A DNA stretch of 64,000 nucleotides from Pseudomonadota bacterium (GCA_043718025.1 JAYSWN010000068.1:11817-75816); one strand, 5' to 3'. Shown: positions 29,097 through 37,958, numbered from the stretch's first letter. Notes: generated by a model from the letters alone, not told the origin. Program-made: numbers and translations.

Positions 29097-29839
29097 AAGC
29101 CCAACGTAAATTGAAGTTAGCTCCGCCGCCCGCAATTGCGGGGCAAGAGATCGTTCCCTCTCCTGGCGAAGATCGATTCATTCTCGCGGCGGCGTTAGTG
29201 GTTTCGTTTTCTGGCGTGGCCTACGAACTTCTGCTCGCTACTTATGCCACCTACCTATGGGGAGGTAGTATTTTCCAGTACAGCCTGGTTTTTTCGTCAA
29301 TGATGCTTTCGATGGGGGTAGGCTCTTGGCTATCGGACCGCGGAAAGGCAAGCCCCGGCGTTCGCTTCGTCGTCATTGAATGCTTTTTGGCCGCGCTCGG
29401 GGTTGTTTGTTTGCCCTTGCTCTACACGGCATACTGGAAAGGCTTTGCCCCACTGTTTTTCACCTTCGGATTTAGCTTAGCTTTTGGCTTTTTAGTCGGG
29501 GTTGAAATCCCTTTATTAAACCGCTGGCTGGGGCGAGAGAAAAAAATCTCCGAATTATTGTCGGTCGACTTTGCCGGGGGCTTCTTAGGCGGAATCCTAT
29601 TCCCCCTTTTTTTAGTTCCTCATCTGGGCCTTTTTCGCGTGGCGGCATTGGTCGCGCTGCTCAATGCAATGGTGGCCCTTCTGGGATCCAGGCTAGCGAT
29701 AGTGCGCGCCGCAACTTCAATTCAAAAAAGCCATTGGCTTCAAGTCTTCGCCATTGCGGTCTGTCTTTTTGGGTTGGGATTTTTGTTTTGGGCCAATGAG
29801 ATCCAAAGTTGGATGCAGTACCGCTTCTTTGGTTTCTAA
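29093..29839 (+). CDS. polytopic membrane protein paralogous to the TM domain of membrane spermidine-synthase-like proteins
   Basis: ATGA overlap with the cyclase stop. About 7 TM. The N-terminal pattern SGVAYELLLATY...MMLSMGVGSW mirrors the N-terminus of the next ORF. Confidence 0.6.
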   Translation: MKAQRKLKLAPPPAIAGQEIVPSPGEDRFILAAALVVSFSGVAYELLLATYATYLWGGSIFQYSLVFSSMMLSMGVGSWLSDRGKASPGVRFVVIECFLAALGVVCLPLLYTAYWKGFAPLFFTFGFSLAFGFLVGVEIPLLNRWLGREKKISELLSVDFAGGFLGGILFPLFLVPHLGLFRVAALVALLNAMVALLGSRLAIVRAATSIQKSHWLQVFAIAVCLFGLGFLFWANEIQSWMQYRFFGF

Positions 29840-29850
29840 AAAGGAAATTA

Positions 29851-31434
29851 ATGCTCACGCCTTTGCAAATATATCTTCTCTGTGTCGCGGTCAGCGGTAG
29901 TGGCTTTGTCGCACAGACCCTCATTTCCGGATTTTGGTCCACGGTATTCAACGAGGATTCAGTCTACTACTCCGTAAATCTGGCTTTCTACTTCGGTGGC
30001 ATGGGGGTTGGCAGCTTGATTGCCGGCTGGTTCGGAAAGGCTACGGAAAAGCTGGTGTTAAAATTCGTTTTGGCACTTCTCGTTTTGGTTGCCCTCATGA
30101 TTCCATTGCTTCGGGTAGGCGTGAGCTGGCTCGGCAATCGGGAATTCCTCCCGCTGTTCTTAGTGATCGCAGCCGGAATCTTTGCCGGCGCAACTATTCC
30201 TTTGGTAATTCGACTTCGAAGTCGTGGCAATCAGACAAGCTTGGGTACCGTCTTTTTCTTAGATTACTGTTCGGCGTTTGTCTTTTCGTGCCTCTTTAAT
30301 CTTTTCCTCTTGATGCGTTTGGGCTATCTGCAGACCGCTTGGCTTTGCTTTTTTGCGGGGTCTACTCTTTGTCTACCTGCGGTTTACCAATTGGGAAAAA
30401 GGAAGGGAGTCTTGGCCTATGTGACCTCGTTCGTCGTGGTCGCACTGACCTCCTATCTCCTTTCGTCCCACGGTATGAATCCGGATCCCCAATCCCGGGC
30501 GGAATTTAAAGTGTTGGTTGATCGTCAGTCGCCGTATCAGAAAATTGTGATGACCGAAGAGATTGGCCACGGGTCTCTTTTTCCCGGCGCAATTCACCAG
30601 GTGATGTACTTAGATGGCATGGTGCAATTCTCGAGTCTCGATGAGACCAGCTATCACATTTGCTTAGCCAATATTCCAATCACCGCGGTTGAGTTCTTTG
30701 GGGGAAAACCTCGGCGCGCCCTTATCTTAGGCGGCGGCGATGGACTCGCCGCCCGAAATCTTTTGGCCTACCCCTCGGTTGAAGCGGTTAAACTGGTTGA
30801 GTTGGATCCGCTAATGATCAGTCTTGCTCAGCATGACCCCCATTTAGTTAAAATGAACGCCCGGTCATTCTACGATCCCCGTTTTTCGTACGTCGAGGGC
30901 GATGCCTTTCGGTGGATTAAGGAGAGCGAAGAGAAGTTTGACGTAATCCTTCTAGATTTTCCGCACCCGAAAAATTTATCGCTCGCACGTCTCTACTCAG
31001 CGGAATTCTATACTCAGTTAAAGAAACGATTGACCGCCGATGGTTTCATTTCGATTCAGTCGGGCCCAGCCTTTTCGCCGCAGGATACTGAGCGCAACAC
31101 GCTTAGCGAAATTTCATCCGCGATTTTGGAGACGGTGAGGAGGGCGGGATTGAAGGCAGAAATTTATTTGAGTCCGGCGGATCAAGAGGCCTTTGTGATA
31201 GCCACGGCTCGAAAGGATTTTGACATGAACCGTTTTGCTACGGCAATGAGCATGACCGGAGCTGATGGCCTGGGTTTTCTTTGCCAATTTATCCCGTCGT
31301 GGAAGCGGCCGCCGGCCAGCGTTAATACGCTAAATGATCTTTCGCTCGTGACTTACATGGACCGTTGGAATCGCGGTGGCGCCCGAAAAAATTACGACTT
31401 TAGGGGGTCGCGTTCCGTTTTCTTACCCCGTTAA
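29851..31434 (+). CDS. membrane-anchored spermidine synthase-like (SpeE-fold) protein
   Basis: AAGGAAA SD before ATG 29851. About 7 TM, then SpeE motifs ALILGGGDGLAARN, VELDP, VEGDAF, DVILLDFPHP. The canonical D(S/T)xDP box is altered. Confidence 0.72.
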   Translation: MLTPLQIYLLCVAVSGSGFVAQTLISGFWSTVFNEDSVYYSVNLAFYFGGMGVGSLIAGWFGKATEKLVLKFVLALLVLVALMIPLLRVGVSWLGNREFLPLFLVIAAGIFAGATIPLVIRLRSRGNQTSLGTVFFLDYCSAFVFSCLFNLFLLMRLGYLQTAWLCFFAGSTLCLPAVYQLGKRKGVLAYVTSFVVVALTSYLLSSHGMNPDPQSRAEFKVLVDRQSPYQKIVMTEEIGHGSLFPGAIHQVMYLDGMVQFSSLDETSYHICLANIPITAVEFFGGKPRRALILGGGDGLAARNLLAYPSVEAVKLVELDPLMISLAQHDPHLVKMNARSFYDPRFSYVEGDAFRWIKESEEKFDVILLDFPHPKNLSLARLYSAEFYTQLKKRLTADGFISIQSGPAFSPQDTERNTLSEISSAILETVRRAGLKAEIYLSPADQEAFVIATARKDFDMNRFATAMSMTGADGLGFLCQFIPSWKRPPASVNTLNDLSLVTYMDRWNRGGARKNYDFRGSRSVFLPR

Positions 31435-32426
31435 ATTTTTTCACATCGTAATCGCAGATTGATGGTCATATCGCTGTTTGGGTAGCGGAAGCTTGAGGTG
31501 ATTTTCCGTTTTTCAAAAGGGGAGAGTCGGAGCACGTTGGGGCTTGGTTTTTCAAGATCACCCATTCTAAAGAGTGTTTCGCACTTTTTCTCTACGGCCT
31601 CGTGGTTAATCACATCGTAATGCATTTCCAGCACCTGGGGTGCCCCTTCCAGCGTGAAGCGACAAAAGACACTTTCGGTCGAAGTCTTATTCTCGTTCGT
31701 GCAGCGAAATGAAGGGATCTTCGACTTCTCGCGAATGTCCAAATACAAGAAGGCAACGGTGGCTAAGCACCAGAGCAGGAAAACGCGAACTGCAGTGGTA
31801 CGCCCCTTTTCGCTCGGCCGGTGCCGAAGTATCCAGGGCTTAAGGGCAAGTCCAATTGCCAGCGAGAGAAGGCAAATGAACGCGGTAAAGAGAACTGAGT
31901 AGATCGGGCCTCTCATCCATTCCGCCCCGGGCATGCAGGTGCGGTGGATGCAATTCACATTTTGGTTTTCGGGAAAAAGCCAGGACACGAAGAAGATCCC
32001 GGCGTGTACCAACGCTTGTTTTGGCGCCGGCAGCCAACGTTGATCTTTGGTGACGAATAGGTAGGTAATGCCCACCGGCAAAATGTAAAAGTGATAGTGG
32101 CTCAGCAGGAATTCATCGGTCGGGTTGCCGGGCTGGTACATGAACTCAACCAACCCGAAGAGATTTCGGCCCGTAAAAATCCGCCAGAAGTTATCCGTGA
32201 TCCAAAATGTTTGGGTCGCTAGGGCTACCGAAATCCAGCCGAGTCCCCATCCCCAGTGGTCAAATACCAGTACGGCTCCTATCGACCCTAAACACAAATT
32301 ACAGAACCACCAGTACATCCCTTCGTCCCAGCCATAACGCGTAAAACTCAAGTAGGTATTTGCGGCGGCCCAGAGGAGAAAAAGGTAGCCGATAGTTTTA
32401 AAAAACTGGCGTTGGGTGAAAGGCAT
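31431..32426 (-). CDS. hypothetical polytopic membrane protein with Cys-containing soluble C-terminal domain
   Basis: Trp-rich TM helices. It is convergent with the preceding gene and overlaps it by 4 nt. Confidence 0.55.
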   Translation of the reverse strand: MPFTQRQFFKTIGYLFLLWAAANTYLSFTRYGWDEGMYWWFCNLCLGSIGAVLVFDHWGWGLGWISVALATQTFWITDNFWRIFTGRNLFGLVEFMYQPGNPTDEFLLSHYHFYILPVGITYLFVTKDQRWLPAPKQALVHAGIFFVSWLFPENQNVNCIHRTCMPGAEWMRGPIYSVLFTAFICLLSLAIGLALKPWILRHRPSEKGRTTAVRVFLLWCLATVAFLYLDIREKSKIPSFRCTNENKTSTESVFCRFTLEGAPQVLEMHYDVINHEAVEKKCETLFRMGDLEKPSPNVLRLSPFEKRKITSSFRYPNSDMTINLRLRCEKI

Positions 32427-32650
32427 CCTCTATTGTCCCACGACCTTCCCTTTTCCTCTGCTCTTCCATTAATATTCTATAAATACAATGATTTATCGAA
32501 AGAGTGAACGGGCGTATAAACTCTAGGCTGAATTTCTTTTTTGCTTTCAATGCTTAACGAAGCTGGCCCGCCGGGCCGTATAAACCTTGGTCATAAGTCG
32601 CAAAGGTGGCCGCTGATCATATGGCATCCGGTGTGCACTCTATTTGTCAC

Positions 32651-33574
32651 ATGAACCGACAAAATTACTTTTCAGTACGACATCTTTTCTCTGTGGCACT
32701 GTGGTCGTTTTTGGCGATCGGGGTAGTGATGTCGGGCGGTTGTAACCAGGGGAGCAGTCGCTCCACTTTGGGTGACGACAAAACCAAGGAAGATGTTTTC
32801 AAAGACTTTAATGACCTGGGCAATAATGGAAAAGGGAAGTCGCTCGGCGATATCGGGGCCGGTGGTGGTGTCGCGCAGCCTAAACCTGGCAGCAATTCTG
32901 ACGGCTCTTTCTCAGGATTAGACAAACAGGCGGTCAACAACGCCTACTCCGAAAACCAGCAAGTGGCCCCAACCGGCAAAATAGAGATTTTTACCGACGA
33001 GCTTAAGGCTCAAGCAAAAGAGATTTTGGCGCTCCAACGGCAAAAAAAGGACACGGCCGTAAAAAAACTTTTGTTCATGGCGGCAATGCTTAAGCGTTGC
33101 GGCGAAGTCGTGGCTAAATTCACCCCAATCGCGGGCCAGCCGTTGATGGGAAAGTGGAATGGACAAGGCGCTTGTAGTGTAAGTTTTGACGTGGCCGGAA
33201 ACGGAGCCGGCGGTAAATACGCGGTTACCGGAGGCAGCAAGGGCACTTTAACTGCCGACACTCAGGGAAAAGGCGCGATTCAGGCCGATCCTTTCTCAGG
33301 TAACGTGGTGGACTCGCCGCAATCCGGAACCGGGCAGGTGGTCTATCCAGGTTTCTTCAAAACCAAAGCTGGGACGTCTGACTGTGTGCTCGGCATCCGC
33401 TTGGCCGAACCAACCAGCCCCATTCCGGCTAACTACAAAGAAGGCATGACCGTGATGGGTGCCTGCCTTCGTAATACGGCTCTGTTTATCAGTCCGGTGT
33501 TCGACAGGATGTTCCAGGACATGAATCCTGCCGTCTCTGAACAGCTACAAAAGAAGTTCTTAAATATTGAGTAA
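32651..33574 (+). CDS. hypothetical lipoprotein
   Basis: ATG 32651 gives MNRQNYF...LAIGVVMSGGC with a lipobox-like SGGC. Confidence 0.5.
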   Translation: MNRQNYFSVRHLFSVALWSFLAIGVVMSGGCNQGSSRSTLGDDKTKEDVFKDFNDLGNNGKGKSLGDIGAGGGVAQPKPGSNSDGSFSGLDKQAVNNAYSENQQVAPTGKIEIFTDELKAQAKEILALQRQKKDTAVKKLLFMAAMLKRCGEVVAKFTPIAGQPLMGKWNGQGACSVSFDVAGNGAGGKYAVTGGSKGTLTADTQGKGAIQADPFSGNVVDSPQSGTGQVVYPGFFKTKAGTSDCVLGIRLAEPTSPIPANYKEGMTVMGACLRNTALFISPVFDRMFQDMNPAVSEQLQKKFLNIE

Positions 33575-33632
33575 GGTCACTCCCCATTTAAGTACCAAAT
33601 CAGCCCGCATCTCATTCCCAATGACGACTTCT

Positions 33633-34502
33633 CTACTCGAAGGTGCCAAAGGGAACCAAGTCATCCGCTACGATTTCGAAGGAATTTGCCTTAGGTTTGG
33701 CTTCCGTGGCGCCGGATTGATGCCGCTTGATCATCAACTCGAGGTAATTTCTCAGATCACTAATTGCCAACCCCGCCGGCGCGCGAAAGGGCGGGGCAAA
33801 TTCAAAACATTGGGGAATGATACGGCGCCCCTCTTTGCGAAGACGGCTATAAGTGGCAAGTGCGTTCTGAAAGGTGGTACCCGACTCACGCGAATACTCG
33901 GGCAAAAAGCGGAGAACGGCCGCATCACAACAATGCACGCGAACCCACACCTGGGTATTTTTCTTTCCGTTGCGCACGTTATCCAAATCAGTAAGTTCGA
34001 TGAAGTAGACCAGGCCTTCGTTTTTAGCGTTCACCGCGAGGTGCACCACTTGGACGGGAATAGCGCCGTCGCCGAAATCTAGTAAATAGCGCTGAATTTG
34101 GTCGCCGCCGATCGCAAAGGGCACGGCATCCCGTATCTCTTCGGGAAATAGGGTCTTGTATTGCAAAACGTATTGCGCTTTTTCCACTTTCCCGAGGGCA
34201 TTACGAACAAAATCCTTAAATTGCATACGAACCCGAACCGCCGGTTCGAGGCCCGAGCTTTCCTCGACCAAAATACGACCGGCCGTGGCAAGCGTAAAGC
34301 CACCGGTGGAGCGTTCGATTGATTTGGTTACCCCTTTTTCAACTAAGCGATTCAAATCACCAAGACTCGAAGCGGTAGGAGGCGTTTGCAGGTCTCTGCC
34401 CGAAACTTCATAGAAAACCAATTTATCAGAGATTTCATTCGCGGCTCTACCCTCGCGAAGCGGATCTAAAGTGTCAGCACACGTGGTTACCCCGGCTTTC
34501 AT
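33633..34502 (-). CDS. hypothetical protein (289 aa)
   Basis: ATG 34502 is preceded by AAGGGGGG 6 nt upstream. I can name no family. The antisense 171-aa ORF is judged spurious. Confidence 0.55.
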   Translation of the reverse strand: MKAGVTTCADTLDPLREGRAANEISDKLVFYEVSGRDLQTPPTASSLGDLNRLVEKGVTKSIERSTGGFTLATAGRILVEESSGLEPAVRVRMQFKDFVRNALGKVEKAQYVLQYKTLFPEEIRDAVPFAIGGDQIQRYLLDFGDGAIPVQVVHLAVNAKNEGLVYFIELTDLDNVRNGKKNTQVWVRVHCCDAAVLRFLPEYSRESGTTFQNALATYSRLRKEGRRIIPQCFEFAPPFRAPAGLAISDLRNYLELMIKRHQSGATEAKPKANSFEIVADDLVPFGTFE

Positions 34503-34664
34503 ATTGGCCCCCCTTAAGCCTAAAGGGTGCAAGCGAGGGTCCTAAAGTTCACCGATGAGTACTTTCTGTATACAGGGCAGAAGTGTAGATCTCGTCGTTT
34601 TTTGTCTTTTTCTTAGGCGGCCACTCGGCCGTGGGTGCTTCGTTTTCAAAGGCTGGCCAACAAA

Positions 34665-34692
34665 TAAAAAAAGCCTCCTCAATGAGGAAGCC
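34665..34692 (-). terminator. intrinsic terminator downstream of the ArsC/Spx-like gene
   Basis: Minus-strand RNA reads GGCUUCCUC-AUU-GAGGAGGC (8 bp including one G-U) followed by 7 U. Confidence 0.5.
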
Positions 34693-34718
34693 GTTTTAAA
34701 AAACATCTTAAAATTTAT

Positions 34719-35120
34719 TTACGGAAGAACGGTCTCTTGGAGAGCCGCTTCTTTAGTGGCCGCAACCACTTCCTGAGTTACGAAATCGAGAAGAGTCTTC
34801 TCTTCGTAACCTTGATAAGCCTTGTTCTCTTTAATAATGAGAGGGCGCTTAATCAAATTTGGATCTTTCAGCATCAAACGAATCGCTTCGTTCTTGGTTG
34901 TACGGCGTTTTCCTAAATGGTTTTCGCGGTAGGTCGTGCTGCGCTGATTAAGGCTGGCGTAAATGTTTTCCGCCTTGATCACCTTTTCGAGCAAACTGCG
35001 CGGGGGCGGTTCGTGAACGATGTCTTTCAGCTGGTAAGAAATTCCCTTCTTATTCAACAGCGAAATGGCTTTCTTGCACTGAGCACAACTTTTTTTCGCA
35101 TACAGAACAATGTCAGCCAC
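34719..35120 (-). CDS. ArsC/Spx-family (glutaredoxin-fold) protein
   Basis: GTG 35120 is preceded by GAGGAGG at 5-nt spacing. It has an N-terminal CAQC motif and NLIKRPLII near the C-terminus. About 133 aa, typical for the family. Confidence 0.72.
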   Translation of the reverse strand: MADIVLYAKKSCAQCKKAISLLNKKGISYQLKDIVHEPPPRSLLEKVIKAENIYASLNQRSTTYRENHLGKRRTTKNEAIRLMLKDPNLIKRPLIIKENKAYQGYEEKTLLDFVTQEVVAATKEAALQETVLP

Positions 35121-35401
35121 CGAAACCTCCTCAGCAATTAGACGAAGCTTGTAACACAGGCCCCCCACCGTCACAAGACTGAAGTTGGTTAATAGGATGG
35201 CGAATTCCTTGAAGTTGTTCACGCTGCTGTCTTTACTTACCGACGAGATCCTCCCGGTCCAGAATTCAATGGGAAAAAAAATCGATTTGGATTAAACCCG
35301 TTGCCTCAGCGCCGGGCCCCTAAAGCCAGGCCTGCAGCACCTAGAAACTCAAAAAATATCAGGACCTTGGTATCTGAGGTCATTAAGAGGTTACCGCCCG
35401 T

Positions 35402-36541
35402 ATGAACGTAGAGTTGCAAATTTTTACCATCGGCAATCAAGGTCAAGGCGTGGGGCGTGACCCAGAAGGAAATACCTACTACGTGTCGGGCGCGCTTCCC
35501 GGCGATCGCGTTGAAGTGGTGACAAATGAAGAGGGGCGTCACCGCGAAGGCACCGTGCATCACCTTATAGAGGCTTCGGCGGAGCGAGTGGCTTCGCCCT
35601 GCCGCTATTCGGATTCGTGCGGCGGTTGTGATTGGATGGGGTGGAAATATGAAGCACAAACGGCGGCGAAAGAGCGCTTGTTGCACCACTCACTTCAGCG
35701 TTTTGACCTTGTACCCAAAGTGAATCACCCGTTTATTCCGGCCGAATCCAACCTGCAATACCGGTCGCGTATTCAGCTTCGCGCTGAAAACGGTAAGCTT
35801 GGTTTTTTGAAACGCGGTTCCCATGAAGTGGTGGACATTGAATCTTGCGCGGTGGCGGTCGAGCCACTCAATAAAAAAATTGCCGAGCTTCGCGCTGAAC
35901 TAAGCGGTGCAAACGCCGACGTGGATGACGGTGGCGAGCCATCGGACCGCCAAAAGATAGAGCTGGGCGTATCCGATGACGGGCAAGTCTGGAGCGCCAT
36001 CAATCAACCGCACGCGGCCATGGGTTTTACCCAAGTGCATCCGGCACAAAATGAAAATCTGAAACAGATTGTAGCCAAAGCCGTCGCTAATTCCTTCGGG
36101 CAAAACGTACTTGAGCTCTTTTGCGGAGACGGCAACCTTACCTTTGCGGCCGTAGGCCCCACCAAACGCTGGCAAGGAGTCGAAGTGGATGCGGCGTCGG
36201 TCGGCCGTGCGAATCAAAAGGCGATGGAGCTAGGCTTTGAACCGCAGCGGCTTAAATTCGGTCGTGCTGATCTCTTCTCAATGGGGGCTGCCAAACGCTG
36301 GCGTGAGATTGGCTATGATACACTTGTCTTGGATCCGCCCCGCTCGGGCATGGGTAAAACTTTGACCCATTTTGTACACCCAAAACTCAATAATATTATC
36401 TATACCTCATGCTCATTACAAAGCTTCATCACCGATGTCGTTCCACTGAAAAACGATTTTGTTCTGGAAGAGGTCTGGGCCCTCGATATGTTTCCTCACA
36501 CCCGGCATTTCGAAATCGTCGCCCGCTTCTCGCGGCGCTAG
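35402..36541 (+). CDS. RlmD/TrmA-family RNA (uracil-5)-methyltransferase with TRAM domain and Fe-S Cys cluster
   Basis: An N-terminal TRAM-like segment GQGVGRD...GDRVEV, the Cys cluster CRYSDSCGGCDW, SAM motif LELFCGDGNL, VLDPPRSG, and the catalytic Cys region YTSCSL. Confidence 0.82.
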   Translation: MNVELQIFTIGNQGQGVGRDPEGNTYYVSGALPGDRVEVVTNEEGRHREGTVHHLIEASAERVASPCRYSDSCGGCDWMGWKYEAQTAAKERLLHHSLQRFDLVPKVNHPFIPAESNLQYRSRIQLRAENGKLGFLKRGSHEVVDIESCAVAVEPLNKKIAELRAELSGANADVDDGGEPSDRQKIELGVSDDGQVWSAINQPHAAMGFTQVHPAQNENLKQIVAKAVANSFGQNVLELFCGDGNLTFAAVGPTKRWQGVEVDAASVGRANQKAMELGFEPQRLKFGRADLFSMGAAKRWREIGYDTLVLDPPRSGMGKTLTHFVHPKLNNIIYTSCSLQSFITDVVPLKNDFVLEEVWALDMFPHTRHFEIVARFSRR

Positions 36542-37437
36542 TTTTTTTCGTTTTTCTTGCCGCCTCGGCCGGCGCGGCCGACAAAAGCCTATTTGCTACC
36601 CTGCGCGCTTCAGATCTTCGTAAAGGGCCTGAAGAGGCGGCCGCGGTGATAGGACGGGTGCCAAAGGGCACCGTCGTGAAATATTCAGGCAAGGCAAAGG
36701 GCGAATTCCTTGAAGTGGAAGTAGAGCTCACCCAGGGCAGCGTGCAGGGGTGGATCCCACTTTTTGCGGTGCCTCGTCGTGTTCGTGAAGACGCCGGGGT
36801 AAGCGACTCTCAGTCAAGTGGGCCAGACACTCGCCCCGAAATTCGCCGCACCGAAGAAGATCAACTGGAAGAGAGTTACCGTCCAATTCGCCGCGTAAAA
36901 ATCCCTTCTGACGAAGGCATTCTGATTCGCCGCGAACCCAGTTTCTTTTACGGGATTCAGGCCGGCGGGGGAGTGGCGCTGATGAGCGCGCCGGCGGTGA
37001 GTAGCAACTTCTTCATGGGGCCGGCGATCTATACCGGCGCTCACGTAGGCTACTTTCTTTCGCGCGTGGTACCGATTCGCTTCGAGGTGAACTATGCGCT
37101 GATGAGTGGAACCGAACCTACGGGCAAAATTAACCCGATTTCCATCGGTTTTATTCAGACCGGCGTTTCGATTTCGTATTACTTAGATCAATTTGAGCTT
37201 TACGGTGGTGCTTCATTTGGACTTGGGGTTAGCGTTAACGATATTGATCCCAAGATAAAAATTGCAACGCCGATGGATTTTTCAGGAGCCTTTTTCCACG
37301 CGGGAATTGGCTATCTGTTTCCCCTAGGCGACATCAGTAACTTAGCCATCCGCATTCGCTACGATTATGGCGGCAATCAGAGTTTCGTAGCCCCCCAGGC
37401 AGTCTCTGGCCTGATCTATCTAGAATTCCGGGGTTAG
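36409..37437 (+). CDS. SH3b-domain / outer-membrane beta-barrel-like protein (start uncertain)
   Basis: Signal-like RNRRPLLAALVFFVFLAASAGA, an SH3b-like ATLRASDLRKGP...GWIP, and a beta-strand-rich C-terminus ending YLEFRG. The only canonical start in frame (ATG 36409) overlaps the upstream gene by 133 nt. Confidence 0.55.
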   Translation: MLITKLHHRCRSTEKRFCSGRGLGPRYVSSHPAFRNRRPLLAALVFFVFLAASAGAADKSLFATLRASDLRKGPEEAAAVIGRVPKGTVVKYSGKAKGEFLEVEVELTQGSVQGWIPLFAVPRRVREDAGVSDSQSSGPDTRPEIRRTEEDQLEESYRPIRRVKIPSDEGILIRREPSFFYGIQAGGGVALMSAPAVSSNFFMGPAIYTGAHVGYFLSRVVPIRFEVNYALMSGTEPTGKINPISIGFIQTGVSISYYLDQFELYGGASFGLGVSVNDIDPKIKIATPMDFSGAFFHAGIGYLFPLGDISNLAIRIRYDYGGNQSFVAPQAVSGLIYLEFRG

Positions 37438-37928
37438 TGCTTCTCATCGCAAGGCTAGCCAGTCGCGTTTAACGACGCCGCAACCCCTTCACAATTGCAG
37501 CGCCACCGTTTGCCCTAACTATCAAAAGGTTTACGCCCAGGGGCGTATTCTGGAATTGTCTGATTAGTATGCAATCGAGCGGGATCCGGGTGTCCAAAAC
37601 TTAGGCGAAGATTTCCATTAAAAATCAAATGCTTATTGTTTTTCGGCGGGTTGTGTGTGAATCGACTACTCACTTAAATGGAGCCGGCGCCCCTTTTCGT
37701 CACGCCTTCAGTTCAAAAGGCCTTTGGCACACGCGATGCAATTACTTAGAACCAGGAACCCGACAATAGGACACGGTACAGAATAGAAACAAAAACTATA
37801 TACATAAATATCAACATCACGATTCAACTAGATTTCATCTTGTACGACAGCTTAGAACACGACCTGAACGCAACTAGATAGCAACTCGAAAACACAACAT
37901 TAGAAAAACTATTCTTGCCGAATTTAAA

Positions 37929-37958
37929 GGGACTGTAGCAATACAGTCCCTTTTTTTT
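37929..37958 (+). terminator. strong rho-independent terminator (possibly bidirectional)
   Basis: GGGACUGUA-GCAA-UACAGUCCC is a perfect 9-bp stem with a GNRA tetraloop, followed by 8 T on the + strand. On the - strand it lies directly after the peptidase stop but is followed only by UUUAAAUU. Confidence 0.75.

Noticed and set aside
33567-34082. 171-aa + strand ORF overlapping the 289-aa minus-strand ORF.
   Set aside because: The minus-strand ORF is longer and has a strong SD. The + ORF begins inside the stop region of the preceding gene, has no SD, and is Arg/Gly-rich, which looks like an antisense frame.
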